Assembly (NCBI GenBank): GCA_902385655.1
Contig: CABMGO010000003.1
Span: forward strand, 112,456 to 176,455
DNA length: 64,000 nt
From: an uncultured archaeon
GTDB taxonomy: Archaea > Nanobdellota > Nanobdellia > Pacearchaeales > GW2011-AR1
Reading direction: 5' to 3'
Part shown: one piece after another, positions 44,941-54,908 of the stretch
Numbering within the stretch: position 1 is the first letter of the stretch
Layout of the letters: every line of letters begins with the position of its first letter
The notes under the pieces: model-generated
The model's database searches: none
The model's input: only the letters and a program-made list of their open reading frames with translations
Told to the model about the DNA's origin: nothing
Made by a program: the position numbers and the translations under genes

Positions 44941-45444
44941 TTATCTGGTTGGTTTAGCAATTGTCCAGTATTTCCAAAGTGGCTTTTCCTTCCAAGAATG
45001 AAATTTGAGATTTACTCTGCCTTCAAATTCGATTTCCATCAAATGATCATCAAGAATCGTTCTTAAGATGGATTTTTTAGGTTCTGGAAGTTTTGGATCA
45101 TATGGATCTATTCCGCAACCTAAATTGATTATTCTCCCAATTCCATCTTCAGAAGGTTCAATTCTTTCATAAGCTAAGGAAAAACCCTTGTAGTAAGTTC
45201 TCAATGGAAAATGAAATACTTCCCAAGTGTCAATTAACATGTGAAGCCCAGACTTATCTTTCCTAAAATCAAGAATTTTATCTTTTAAATCTGCATTTAC
45301 TTTTGCCTTTCCATGACAATCAAATCCCCCATTTTCTCTAATTCCTCCACAGTCTCTTATGAATAAATAAGTAGGATTATAATTTTCTAAACATAATCTT
45401 AAATTTCTGAAATTGAGCTTTTTTGGCATCCAGTACTGTTCCAT
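44941..45444 (-). CDS. Hypothetical protein
   Basis: 167-aa ORF. No motif recognised. Confidence 0.45.
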   Translation of the reverse strand: MEQYWMPKKLNFRNLRLCLENYNPTYLFIRDCGGIRENGGFDCHGKAKVNADLKDKILDFRKDKSGLHMLIDTWEVFHFPLRTYYKGFSLAYERIEPSEDGIGRIINLGCGIDPYDPKLPEPKKSILRTILDDHLMEIEFEGRVNLKFHSWKEKPLWKYWTIAKPTR

Positions 45445-45448
45445 AATT

Positions 45449-45730
45449 TTATAATTTGTCTTCTAATTTCGGCTTTTCTAAAGAACAATTTTGAATATGA
45501 CTAAAAGTATTTGTTTCGTGGGTTAAATGGTAATTTGGCATTGTTTTTACATGATTGTCTCCTTCGGTTATTGCTGCAGTTATACCTATCGCACCAACTA
45601 CTCCGAAACCGAGCATCACTAAACCCATTCCAAATTTTCCGATACGTCTTATCTTACCTCCGAAACTTAATTCATAATAAGCACAATCGTCTTCGTCATT
45701 TTTTACATATCTATATGGCAGATCCTTCAT
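45449..45730 (-). CDS. Hypothetical small membrane protein
   Basis: Central hydrophobic segment FGMGLVMLGFGVVGAIGITAAI. Confidence 0.45.
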   Translation of the reverse strand: MKDLPYRYVKNDEDDCAYYELSFGGKIRRIGKFGMGLVMLGFGVVGAIGITAAITEGDNHVKTMPNYHLTHETNTFSHIQNCSLEKPKLEDKL

Positions 45731-45792
45731 AAAACTTTAAGAAATTTCTTCTTTAAAAAGAAATAGGAATTGTAAAATATATTTTCAAATGA

Positions 45793-46884
45793 TTAACTCA
45801 TTGCGTACCTTAAAATTCCGCCAATTCCGCCGATGTTATCAAATTGGACTCCCTCAGGAGTTTCTTTAGAAACAAGATGAATTTCCACTGAAGAAGCCTT
45901 TGCAAGTTCTTCGAGATGTTTGATTTTTTCTCTAGCTAATGACTTTGAAATAATTAATTTTCCGACAGCGCCCAGGTTTAATTTTTCTTCTACTTCTGCC
46001 TCCCCATAGGCAACCTTATCGGGTTGTTTTGCAAGCATCATAAAGAATTCGTCTAAGATTAACTTTTGTTTTGTAATTGCTTGTTCAGCTAAAATATCTT
46101 GGCAAGATTCTACAAGTTCCTTTAAACCATGAAGTTCACTTCCCCCGATATCCTTTACTGCAATAACTTTATCTTTTAGTTGAGTAACTAGATTTCCCGT
46201 GTCTAAGAATTCGTCTTTTGTTGGAATTGGTCCGCCAACTAAAATTCCTTTTAATTTTTTATTCTCGAAAAATTGAAGTTTCATTTCATCTGCAACTCTT
46301 CTGTAAAATTCTTTTGCGTAGCTTTCAGTCAAGTTACGATATCTGTTTGAAGACTGTCCACCCGCCCTAACTTTTGAAGGAATACCCGAGGTCATTGTTT
46401 GCAAAACTTTGATATTTGTTCCGTCGAGAATCCCGATTGTTGCTTCTTTTCTTTCGATTACTAAAAGACCATAAACTTCTTCAGTTTCCAACATCTCTTT
46501 TAATGGTTCAATAACAAAAGTTTGATCACATCGATACATTCTGCTCTTTAATGGTTTTGGAGGAACGATTGCCCAAATTTGAAAGTCATCTTTTCCTTCA
46601 ACTGGAGAAACATTTCCAGAATAAATTGCTAATCCATTTTCTGGCGTTCTTCCAATTTCCTTCATTTTTCTTGCAGCTCTTTCAAGCGCAGTTATAACAT
46701 TTTTTCTTGTAGAAGTTGATTTGATATTTGTTGCTGTTCCTTTTTCATCTTCAATTTGTTTTATAACTTGAAAAATATTGAAACCTGCCGGTATTAAAAC
46801 GGTTATGAGTTCAGTGTGTCTTCCCCTATAACCTTCAAGTTCTTTGACTGTTTCTTCTAGCTCATATTTTTCTGCTTCGTCCAT
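45793..46884 (-). CDS. prf1: Peptide chain release factor aRF1
   Basis: NIKS motif (TATNIKSTSTRKNV) and GGQ motif (RAGGQSSNRY). Confidence 0.9.
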   Translation of the reverse strand: MDEAEKYELEETVKELEGYRGRHTELITVLIPAGFNIFQVIKQIEDEKGTATNIKSTSTRKNVITALERAARKMKEIGRTPENGLAIYSGNVSPVEGKDDFQIWAIVPPKPLKSRMYRCDQTFVIEPLKEMLETEEVYGLLVIERKEATIGILDGTNIKVLQTMTSGIPSKVRAGGQSSNRYRNLTESYAKEFYRRVADEMKLQFFENKKLKGILVGGPIPTKDEFLDTGNLVTQLKDKVIAVKDIGGSELHGLKELVESCQDILAEQAITKQKLILDEFFMMLAKQPDKVAYGEAEVEEKLNLGAVGKLIISKSLAREKIKHLEELAKASSVEIHLVSKETPEGVQFDNIGGIGGILRYAMS

Positions 46885-46987
46885 AAATTAGAAAACATTT
46901 GAGTATTTATAAAGGTTTTATATTAGACATAACTTGTAAAAAGAAATCTTTCATTAGATTTATAAATCAATAAAATTTTAACGATAT

Positions 46988-47647
46988 ATGAGAAGTGAAA
47001 AGTTAGTTTTGATTTGTTTTGCGTTTTTCTTATTTGTGCAAATGGTTTCAGCTACTGCATATGATAATCTTGCATATGAAAAAACATACTCTGTTCAAAC
47101 AGTTCCAACAGGTGAAAAATCTGATGTCATTGTATCTGTTTTAAAGTATGAGCCTTACCCAATAATTGCAGGTCAGTGGTTTGATCTTTGGGTTAAAGTA
47201 CAGAATGTTGGTCAGGACAGCGCGAGGAATCTTACTGTTCAACTTATCCCCGAATATCCCTTCTCCTCTAGTGATGATCTTGTAAGAAATTATGGAGTAC
47301 TTTATGGAACACAAGCTGCATTTAAAGTTGATCAGACTTATGATTCTTCTCAGTTAATTTTGAAGTATAGAATGAAAGCTACAGATAATGCGCCTTCTGG
47401 AATTTCTAATATAACTTTGAAGATTACTCCTGATGTTTCTGATTCTTCTCTGATCGCAAAAGAAATAGACTTGCCGGTTGAGGTTTTTTCATCCACAAGT
47501 TTGCCTACACCAAATGAGCCTACACCTATTGATAACTCGCAAGGAATGTTTTATGGAATTATAGGATTATTGGTCGGTATGTTCTTGGTTTCCTTTTTAT
47601 GGATAGTTAGATCTAAAAAATCTCATCAGGTTCATCATCAACATTAA
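46988..47647 (+). CDS. Cell-surface protein with CARDB/COG1361 S-layer-like domain and C-terminal TM anchor
   Basis: Signal peptide, LKYEPYPIIAGQWFDLWVKVQNVGQDSARNLTVQL, C-terminal TM GIIGLLVGMFLVSFLWIV. Confidence 0.55.
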   Translation: MRSEKLVLICFAFFLFVQMVSATAYDNLAYEKTYSVQTVPTGEKSDVIVSVLKYEPYPIIAGQWFDLWVKVQNVGQDSARNLTVQLIPEYPFSSSDDLVRNYGVLYGTQAAFKVDQTYDSSQLILKYRMKATDNAPSGISNITLKITPDVSDSSLIAKEIDLPVEVFSSTSLPTPNEPTPIDNSQGMFYGIIGLLVGMFLVSFLWIVRSKKSHQVHHQH

Positions 47648-47649
47648 TT

Positions 47650-48360
47650 ATGGCAACTCAACAAGGAATTTCGAAGGTAAGATCTATTGTGCAGCATGAG
47701 GAGAAAAAGTTAGCTTCTGAAATAAAACAAGAAGAAAAGGCTGCAGGTTGGTTTTTTAAAAGTCATACATTTCGATTGATTTTGTTAATATTGGTTTTTT
47801 CTGTATTAGTATTTGGAACACTCTATTTGTCAAACTCATCCAAGATGATCTACATTGAAAAATCTGAAGTTTATGCACCGACCATCTCGTTATCCTCTGC
47901 ATCCTCGGGCGTACTACAAAAGATTTTTGTGAAAGAGGGAGACTCAGTGTCTGAAGATATGATGGTGGCTCAAGTTGATGGTAATCCCGTTCGAACAAAA
48001 GTAGATGGGTTAGTTATCTATGTTCAGAATACCCCTGGCCAGATTGTAAATGCGCAGGTCCCGATAGTAAAAATGATTAATCCTAATGAGCTCTCAGTTA
48101 TTGGGCACATTCAAGAAGATAAGGGATTGAAGGATATTCGAGTTGGACAGAAGGCGATTTTTACGGTTGATGCATTTGATTCTAAAAAATATGAAGGAGT
48201 TGTTGACTCTATAAGCCCAACTTCACGAAGTTCTGATATTGTTTTTAGCATTTCTGATAAACGACAGGAGCAAGAGTTTGATGTTAAAGTTAAATTTGAC
48301 GTAAACGCTTATCCAGAACTCAAGAATGGAATGTCTGCTAAGATGTGGGTTTACAAGTAA
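47650..48360 (+). CDS. HlyD-family membrane-fusion (efflux adaptor) protein, short form without coiled-coil hairpin
   Basis: N-terminal TM, lipoyl half-motifs GVLQKIFVKEGDSVSEDMMVAQVDG / VDGLVIYV, beta-barrel domain IRVGQKAIFTVDAF...YEGVVDSISP. Confidence 0.7.
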   Translation: MATQQGISKVRSIVQHEEKKLASEIKQEEKAAGWFFKSHTFRLILLILVFSVLVFGTLYLSNSSKMIYIEKSEVYAPTISLSSASSGVLQKIFVKEGDSVSEDMMVAQVDGNPVRTKVDGLVIYVQNTPGQIVNAQVPIVKMINPNELSVIGHIQEDKGLKDIRVGQKAIFTVDAFDSKKYEGVVDSISPTSRSSDIVFSISDKRQEQEFDVKVKFDVNAYPELKNGMSAKMWVYK

Positions 48361-48517
48361 ATAGATATGGCTGATGGAAATAGAGTAGGGCGTTTTTCGA
48401 ATGATTTCGAGCTGTTGGCTCAATCGAAAAAACCCGTTAGCGGTAACTCGACAACCTTGTTGCTCGTTACCTTACCAACTCTCAAACTAAATTTTAATAC
48501 TTGGAGAGTTTGGTAAA

Positions 48518-50005
48518 GTGGCATCAGAATCAAAAAATTTAAAGTGGTGGATACTCTTTACAGTTATTATTGGAACATTCCTCGGAAGACTTGATTCTAG
48601 TATTCTTAACCTTGCACTGCCTAAGATAATTGAAAACTTTGGAATTAGTGTTTCAAGTGCTGGTTGGATTGCAACTGCGTATATTATTGCTAATGCGGTT
48701 TTTGTTCCAATTTGGGGAAAATTAGGAGACACTATTGGAAGAAAAAGAGTTTATTTGTGGGGTTTTGGAATATTTATTGTTGGATCTGTCCTTTGTGGCC
48801 TTGCTTGGAATTTGGGGTCGATGATTTTATTCAGAATTGTTCAGGCTATTGCTAGTTCTGCAGATTATCCCACAGCTATGGCTATTATTACAGTAACATT
48901 TGAAAGAGGAAAAGAAAGGGCACAGGCATTAGGAATTTGGAGTTCAAGTTTTGCTACTGCGGTGATCCTTGGTCCGTTGATTGGCGGACCGCTGATAGAC
49001 TCCTTTGGATGGAGATCCGTATTTTTTGTTAACATTCCTATCGGATTGTTGGGAGTTTTTATGGCTATGAAATTTGTTAAGGAATCTATCTCTACAAGAA
49101 AAACAAATGAATTTGATTGGAGTGGTGCAATAAATTTGGGGATCATACTTTCGTCTCTTGTGCTGGTTTTGGATCAGGGAGGATCTTGGGGTTGGTTTTC
49201 TACAAGAAGTTTAATTTTGTATTTTGTAATTGTTTTATTCAGCTTTTTGTTTTATCATTTTGAGAAAAATCATCGGGAACCTATTATTGACTTTAAGTTT
49301 TTTAAGAACCCAGTTTTTGTAGGAACATTGACTAATAATTTTATAGTATTTATGGGGATGATGGGCGGAGTTTTTTTAATCCCTCTTTTTGCGCAAACTT
49401 TCTTAGGGTACAATGCAACTCAGTCCGGATATCTATTTATTCCGATGGCTGTTTTTATGATGCTATCCGCACAAATTGGCGGGAGACTTGTAGGAAAAGT
49501 AAAATCGAATAAAGTCATTTTTGTAAGTACTGCTATTGCAGCTTTGGGATTGTATTTATTTAGCTTATTTTTAGACCCTCGATCCAGTGCATTAGATGTT
49601 ATTATTCCTCTTTCTATTTTTGCATTCGGCATGGGTTTAGGTATGGCTCAAAGAACTAGCCTGATTGCTAATGCGGTTCCAGAACATGAAATCGGTGTTG
49701 CTTCTTCAATTCTAGCGCTAGTGAGAAATATTGCAGGAGGATTTGGTATTGCGATTTTTGCCACAGTTCTTGAAAACAGTATAAAGAGTAACGTTTTAAA
49801 TCTGACACAAAGTTCTGTGCTTAACAGTACTGATCCATCAGTTATTCAACAATTCATGAGTTTGATTATTTTAAAAGCACAAATTTTAGGATATATAGGA
49901 GTATTCAAATTATCTGCTCTATTTGTTCTAGTTGGTGCAATTGCAATATTATTCTTAAAACTGAATAAAGAAACTCCAAATAAGGTTAAGGTTCATGTGG
50001 AGTAA
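48518..50005 (+). CDS. MFS transporter, EmrB/QacA (DHA2, 14-TMS) type
   Basis: LDSSILNLALPKI, GKLGDTIGRKRV (motif A), LFRIVQAI, about 14 hydrophobic segments. GTG start. Confidence 0.8.
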   Translation: MASESKNLKWWILFTVIIGTFLGRLDSSILNLALPKIIENFGISVSSAGWIATAYIIANAVFVPIWGKLGDTIGRKRVYLWGFGIFIVGSVLCGLAWNLGSMILFRIVQAIASSADYPTAMAIITVTFERGKERAQALGIWSSSFATAVILGPLIGGPLIDSFGWRSVFFVNIPIGLLGVFMAMKFVKESISTRKTNEFDWSGAINLGIILSSLVLVLDQGGSWGWFSTRSLILYFVIVLFSFLFYHFEKNHREPIIDFKFFKNPVFVGTLTNNFIVFMGMMGGVFLIPLFAQTFLGYNATQSGYLFIPMAVFMMLSAQIGGRLVGKVKSNKVIFVSTAIAALGLYLFSLFLDPRSSALDVIIPLSIFAFGMGLGMAQRTSLIANAVPEHEIGVASSILALVRNIAGGFGIAIFATVLENSIKSNVLNLTQSSVLNSTDPSVIQQFMSLIILKAQILGYIGVFKLSALFVLVGAIAILFLKLNKETPNKVKVHVE

Positions 50006-50042
50006 CTAAATATTTAAATCGATTTATATAGACTATGTCAAG

Positions 50043-50741
50043 ATGAAAGCAAAAGAATACTGGAAACTTATTTCTATTCCAATCAGTTTGTTTATTGTTT
50101 ATACGATTGTTGTACTTATTTGGAACTTGCTTAAACTTCCGGTTGGGGAGGAGTTAGTTTTGATTACCACGAATTATTTTAATCATTATGGCCTTGTTAC
50201 GGTTCTTATTGGAGCGCTACTCGAAGGGTTTTTCATAGTTGGACAATACTTTCCCGGAGGACTTATTATTTTCTTAGGAGTGATTTCTGCTGGTCCGAAT
50301 ATTCTTAGAGCAGCACAAGTTGTTTTGGTTGTAGATGTTGCATTTGCTATTGCTTATTCACTAGACTATCTTGTAGGAAGGTATGGTTGGTACAAAATTT
50401 TTATGAAGTTTGGTTTAAAGCATTCATTAGAAAATGCTCAGGATAAACTGAAAAAGCGAGGACTTAGCACAATTTTGTTAAGTTACTGGGAACCAAATTT
50501 GTCTTCGATAATGGCTACAGCTGCGGGCGTTCTTAAGTTGCCTTTTAGAAAATTTTTCTATTACTCTCTTTGCGGAATACTTATTTGGGAAACTTTTTGG
50601 GGAGTTCTAGTATTTAATCTTGGGAATCGAGCGTTAGACATAATGAATTTAGGATTGGGATATATGTTTATTATTTTACTAGTCTGGATTCTGATTATAA
50701 TTATTGTAGAATATTTTAGAAAAAGGTATGATCGTGATTAA
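50043..50741 (+). CDS. DedA/SNARE-associated family membrane protein
   Basis: LIGALLEGFFIVGQYFPGGLIIFLGV pattern and multiple TM segments. Confidence 0.6.
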   Translation: MKAKEYWKLISIPISLFIVYTIVVLIWNLLKLPVGEELVLITTNYFNHYGLVTVLIGALLEGFFIVGQYFPGGLIIFLGVISAGPNILRAAQVVLVVDVAFAIAYSLDYLVGRYGWYKIFMKFGLKHSLENAQDKLKKRGLSTILLSYWEPNLSSIMATAAGVLKLPFRKFFYYSLCGILIWETFWGVLVFNLGNRALDIMNLGLGYMFIILLVWILIIIIVEYFRKRYDRD

Positions 50742-53119
50742 GCTAATTTATGACAAACCTTCAATTCTTTTTCAAATTCTTCGAGATCTTCTGGAACTGA
50801 AATTCCGGAAATTTCTTTGTTTAATGCTAATTGTTTTTCTTTCTTTTGCTTCCAAACTTCAGAATCGAAATCCATTATTTTTTGTATAAGAGATAAATCT
50901 GATTTCCCAGTTTTGGATTTTGGCCATTCAGATTCTAAAAGATCTAAACCAAATTCCTTACCAATAGTACTCGTAATTTGAGGTATTACTGGATAAATTA
51001 AAGTTAAAAATCTTTCAAGCAAAAAGTAGAGAGAGAATCTTGCCGAGTCTGATTCCTCGTCCGTAAAATTCTTGTCTTGATTGTATGCTCGGTTCTTTAC
51101 AATTTCTAAATAATGCGATGCAAATTTATCCCACATAAATTCTCTAAGCTCTTTCACAATAGCTTGAAATTCGTAAACGTCGTAATTTTTATCTGCTCTA
51201 GAAGTTAAGTCTTCAATGTAATCGATAAATAATTGATCGATTGGCATAATTGTTTTTGGCTTCTTTGATGGTTTTTGGAATTGCAAAATAAATCTTGAAA
51301 CGTTTAGAAGTTTGTTTAATGTTTTTAATTCACCATTGATTTTTTCTTTTGAACAAGGAACATCTCCTTTAGATAAATCTCCTTCAGTGCCTGCCCACAT
51401 TCTCATTGCTTCTGCACCATAATTCTTCAACAATTCTTGAGGGTCGATAACATTTCCTTTTGACTTTGACATTTTCATTCCTTTTTCGTCTGTGATGTGT
51501 TGATGTACCCAAACATCTTCAAAACAAACTTTTCCAGTTTCTAAAAATCCTCTTAACAAAGTGTAGTAAAGCCAAGTTCTAACAATTTCTTTTCCTTGAG
51601 GTCTTAAAGTTGCGGGGAATGCTTTTTGGAAGAATTCATTGTTTGTTTTATATTTCAAAATAAATAAATCGGAAATTGAAGAGTCCATCCAAGTGTCTAA
51701 AACTCTTGTGTCTCCTTCCCATTTTAAATCTTTGAAATCTGAAACTTTTTTTCCTGTATTTTTTCCTGCTTTCCAAACTTCTGCATCTTGAGGAACTTGT
51801 TCTTTCCAGGGTTGGTAGTATTTTCCTGTTTTTGGAACAGCTACGTGTTCTTCGGAATGCCAAAGAGGAACTGAAGTTGCGTAATATCTTCTTCTCGAGA
51901 TTGGCCAGTCGATAGAAACTGAATCAATCCAGTCGTCTAAAATTCTTTTTGCTTCTTTAGGATAGAAATTTATTTGTTTTGCAATTTTTCTCATGTCATC
52001 TTTAAATTCTAATTGTCTCAAATAAAATTCAGGCATTGCAATGAATTCAATTTCTGCTCCGCCTCTTTCTGAAACTGGAGTTCTGTGAGTGATTTGGGTT
52101 TGTTTTACAAGAAGACCTTTTTCTTTTAGAGTTTCAATTATTTTTTGTCTTGCTTCTTTTACTTTTAGTCCTTGGAAATCTTTTGCATTTTCATTCATTG
52201 TTCCATCTTGATTTATGGAGATTACTGGTTTGAGATTTTGCTCTCTGAAAAACTGGATATCTGAAAGATCTCCTGCGGAGCACATCATAACCAAACCTGT
52301 TCCTTTGTCGATTTGTGCAAGGGGATGTTCTTTTATTGGAACTTCTAAATTAAATAAAGGAGTGATTGCGGTTTTTCCTTTCAAGTGTTTGTATCTTTTG
52401 TCTTCGGGATTATAAATAACCATCCCACAAGAGCACATTAATTCGGGTCTTGTTGTTCCTATTACAATTTCTTCGCCAGTTTCCTTAACTTTCCACTTTA
52501 CATCATTGAATGTTGAAGGAATATCTTTGTAGTCTATTTCGGAATCCGCTATTGTTGTTCTTAATTTTGGATCCCAATTGTTTATTCTGTTGTCCTCGTA
52601 AATTAGACCTTTTTTGTATAAGTCTATGAATGTTGTTTGTGTTAAAGAACGGTATTCTGGAGAGTCTGTTTCGTAAATATTTCCTATGTCTTGTCCTTTT
52701 TCATATGAGGAAAATGAAATTCCTAATTTTGCAAAACTATCCACGGACTCTGTTCCGGCTTCTTCCAAAAGCTTTCTGCAAGCCTCTACAAATTTTTCTC
52801 TGCCTACAATGAAGGGAGAGATATTGTATTTCTTTTCTGCGCCAACTTCGATTGGTAAACCGTTATTATCTAAACCCAATGGGAATAAAACTTCGAAACC
52901 TTTCATTCTTTTGTAACGTGCAAAGAAATCCATGAAAGAATAAGTGATTGCATGTCCTAAATGAATTGGAGAGTTAACATATGGAGGAGGTGTGTCGATT
53001 GAGTAAATTTTTTTCTTAGTATTTGGATTAAAAAAATATCTTTTTGACTTCTGCCATTCTGGAGTTATAAGCTGCTCTACTTCTGGTGACCAGTTCTTAA
53101 TTTCTTTGATTGAGACCAT
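50738..53119 (-). CDS. valS: Valine--tRNA ligase (compact, 793 aa)
   Basis: DTPPPYVNSPIHLGHA (PPP + HIGH), FMDFFARYKRMKG, KMSKSKGN (KMSKS). Confidence 0.8.
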   Translation of the reverse strand: MVSIKEIKNWSPEVEQLITPEWQKSKRYFFNPNTKKKIYSIDTPPPYVNSPIHLGHAITYSFMDFFARYKRMKGFEVLFPLGLDNNGLPIEVGAEKKYNISPFIVGREKFVEACRKLLEEAGTESVDSFAKLGISFSSYEKGQDIGNIYETDSPEYRSLTQTTFIDLYKKGLIYEDNRINNWDPKLRTTIADSEIDYKDIPSTFNDVKWKVKETGEEIVIGTTRPELMCSCGMVIYNPEDKRYKHLKGKTAITPLFNLEVPIKEHPLAQIDKGTGLVMMCSAGDLSDIQFFREQNLKPVISINQDGTMNENAKDFQGLKVKEARQKIIETLKEKGLLVKQTQITHRTPVSERGGAEIEFIAMPEFYLRQLEFKDDMRKIAKQINFYPKEAKRILDDWIDSVSIDWPISRRRYYATSVPLWHSEEHVAVPKTGKYYQPWKEQVPQDAEVWKAGKNTGKKVSDFKDLKWEGDTRVLDTWMDSSISDLFILKYKTNNEFFQKAFPATLRPQGKEIVRTWLYYTLLRGFLETGKVCFEDVWVHQHITDEKGMKMSKSKGNVIDPQELLKNYGAEAMRMWAGTEGDLSKGDVPCSKEKINGELKTLNKLLNVSRFILQFQKPSKKPKTIMPIDQLFIDYIEDLTSRADKNYDVYEFQAIVKELREFMWDKFASHYLEIVKNRAYNQDKNFTDEESDSARFSLYFLLERFLTLIYPVIPQITSTIGKEFGLDLLESEWPKSKTGKSDLSLIQKIMDFDSEVWKQKKEKQLALNKEISGISVPEDLEEFEKELKVCHKLA

Positions 53120-53160
53120 GATTTGTAAAGAAACTCCTCGTTTAAAAGGTTAATTATTGA

Positions 53161-53218
53161 TATACTCTCGTCCTGCATTTTTGCCTGGCTCGTGAGTCCT
53201 TCTATGCAGAAGGAAAAA
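53161..53218 (+). repeat. Copy E of the dispersed repeat family
   Basis: tatactctcgtCCTGCATttttgcctggctcgtgagTCCTTCTatgcAGAAGGAaaaa, between the pepS-like stop and the valS start. Confidence 0.75.
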
Positions 53219-53223
53219 TCTTC

Positions 53224-54426
53224 TTAAATCGTAAACTTGCCATCTTGGTAGATGACTTTTTGGGTTCCGTCTTCAAGTGTTGCTGTGACGACCCGATTTT
53301 CTGTAGAAACAATATCTGTATGAACTACGGATTCGTTGTAGCCCATTTCTTTCCATTGTTCTTTGGGAACCTTTGAAGGATCTCCAGGGAAAGCATCTTT
53401 GTATGCGTTTCCTACTGCGATATGAGTGTTACCGTGTTCTCCTCCGAAATTTTCATCGTAAAGAGTTTCTGCCATGAATTTGTCTATTTTTGAAAATCTT
53501 ACGTCTGTAAGAGAAAACTCTCCGATCATATTTGCTCCTTCTGTTGCAATCATTTCTTCAAGAACATCCTGATTTTTCTTTGCGGTTGCCTTCACAACCT
53601 TGCCATCTTTAAACTCTAAATAAATTCCTTCTACTAATGTTCCATATCTATAAAGTGGTTGATTAAAAGTCATGTAACCATTTGTTTTTCTGCAGTCTGG
53701 ACTTGTGAACACTTCGAAGCTCGGGATGTTTCTTCCTGTTCCGCCAAGCCACTTTCTATTTCTGTCTAATCCGATGGTTAAATCTGCTCCCACAGATTGT
53801 ACGTGTAATGAAGTGATCTGCATTGCGCTTAGCGCCTGAGTTAATCTTTCTGTTTCTGAGAGAACTCTTCTCCATTCTGCAAGAGGATCTTCTCTATCTA
53901 GATAGCAAGCTTTGATTATTTGGTCCCAGTATTCTTCTAAAGAGAGCTTAGCTTCTGCGGCCATAACTTCTGTTCCGTAAAGACCCAAGGTCCAAGTAAA
54001 TTTACCAGAATTTTCTTTTTCATCACGCCATTCCATGTAAGGTTTGAATGCTTTCTGTTTTGCCATCAATCTTTTTGGATCTACTCCTTCAAGCTCGTGC
54101 ATGTCATGTTCTGCAATTATGGAAACTAAATGATCAATTTCATCTACTCTGCCCTTAAGATATTTTGATGGAAAGAAATTAATCTGATGCTCACCAGCAA
54201 GATCATAAAATTCTCTACTTATTCCGTCTGGTAAATATTGAATAATTGGATGTGCGCCAGCCCTTAGAACTGCTCTTTGTAACGGGAGTAAAATTGGCTT
54301 TGCACACTCCGGAACTTGCAAAAGAACAACCTCATTATGTTTTACTCCTGCACCGCTGTTTAAGGCGCAACTGATCAAAACGTTTGCATACTTTTCTAAA
54401 ACTTCTTTTGGAGGTTCGTAAACCAT
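53224..54426 (-). CDS. M29 family aminopeptidase (AmpS/PepS-like)
   Basis: N-terminal LEKYANVLISCALNSGAGVKHNEVVLLQ and C-terminal EHGNTHIAVGNAY...HTDIV. Confidence 0.75.
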   Translation of the reverse strand: MVYEPPKEVLEKYANVLISCALNSGAGVKHNEVVLLQVPECAKPILLPLQRAVLRAGAHPIIQYLPDGISREFYDLAGEHQINFFPSKYLKGRVDEIDHLVSIIAEHDMHELEGVDPKRLMAKQKAFKPYMEWRDEKENSGKFTWTLGLYGTEVMAAEAKLSLEEYWDQIIKACYLDREDPLAEWRRVLSETERLTQALSAMQITSLHVQSVGADLTIGLDRNRKWLGGTGRNIPSFEVFTSPDCRKTNGYMTFNQPLYRYGTLVEGIYLEFKDGKVVKATAKKNQDVLEEMIATEGANMIGEFSLTDVRFSKIDKFMAETLYDENFGGEHGNTHIAVGNAYKDAFPGDPSKVPKEQWKEMGYNESVVHTDIVSTENRVVTATLEDGTQKVIYQDGKFTI

Positions 54427-54458
54427 ACAAAATTGGAACTTTTTTGATTTAAAAATAT

Positions 54459-54803
54459 TTATGTGCTCTTAACGAGAGTTATTTTTGAACCTGACGGATC
54501 AACGGGAGAATGTTTTGGGTCTTTTCTATGTTCTCGAAGTATAGCATTATATTCTATATGAAAATTAGAAGGTTTTACTCTTAGTCTGCCCGTTTTAGGA
54601 TTCGAATAGGCTACAATGTATGCTTGAGAATTATCATCCCAACTCGTTAACACATATCCTCCAACTTCTGGAGCAGCATTATTAAGTCTAAATCCAAGGG
54701 TATCGCAGTATCTTGTAACAAAACCATCTTCCTGATTACCTATCCACTTGTAAGGGTATTGCGTCATGCTTTCAGTAAACATTTTCTCTAGGAAATTTTT
54801 CAT
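54459..54803 (-). CDS. Hypothetical protein
   Basis: 114-aa ORF. No motif recognised. Confidence 0.45.
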   Translation of the reverse strand: MKNFLEKMFTESMTQYPYKWIGNQEDGFVTRYCDTLGFRLNNAAPEVGGYVLTSWDDNSQAYIVAYSNPKTGRLRVKPSNFHIEYNAILREHRKDPKHSPVDPSGSKITLVKST

Positions 54804-54818
54804 AATAGGGTTAACTTA

Positions 54819-54874
54819 CACCTGACTTGCATTGAAGACCATCATTTTCAAGTGTCCTCATCTGCATGAGGAAA
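54819..54874 (+). repeat. Copy B of the dispersed repeat family
   Basis: cacctgacttGCATtgaagaccatcattttcaaGTGTCCTCATctgcATGAGGAaaa. The 21 nt spanning the hairpin (GTGTCCTCATCTGCATGAGGA) are identical to copy A3. Lies in a divergent promoter region. Confidence 0.8.
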
Positions 54875-54908
54875 AAGGGTTTAAATATCTCTCCTCATTG
54901 CTATAAAA

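Noticed and set aside
48361-48517. Possible C/D-box sRNA or riboswitch in the leader of the MFS pump (gcTGATGGa, aaTGATTTc, small hairpins)
   Set aside because: The boxes do not match RUGAUGA/CUGA in the proper order and spacing. I recognise no known riboswitch core.
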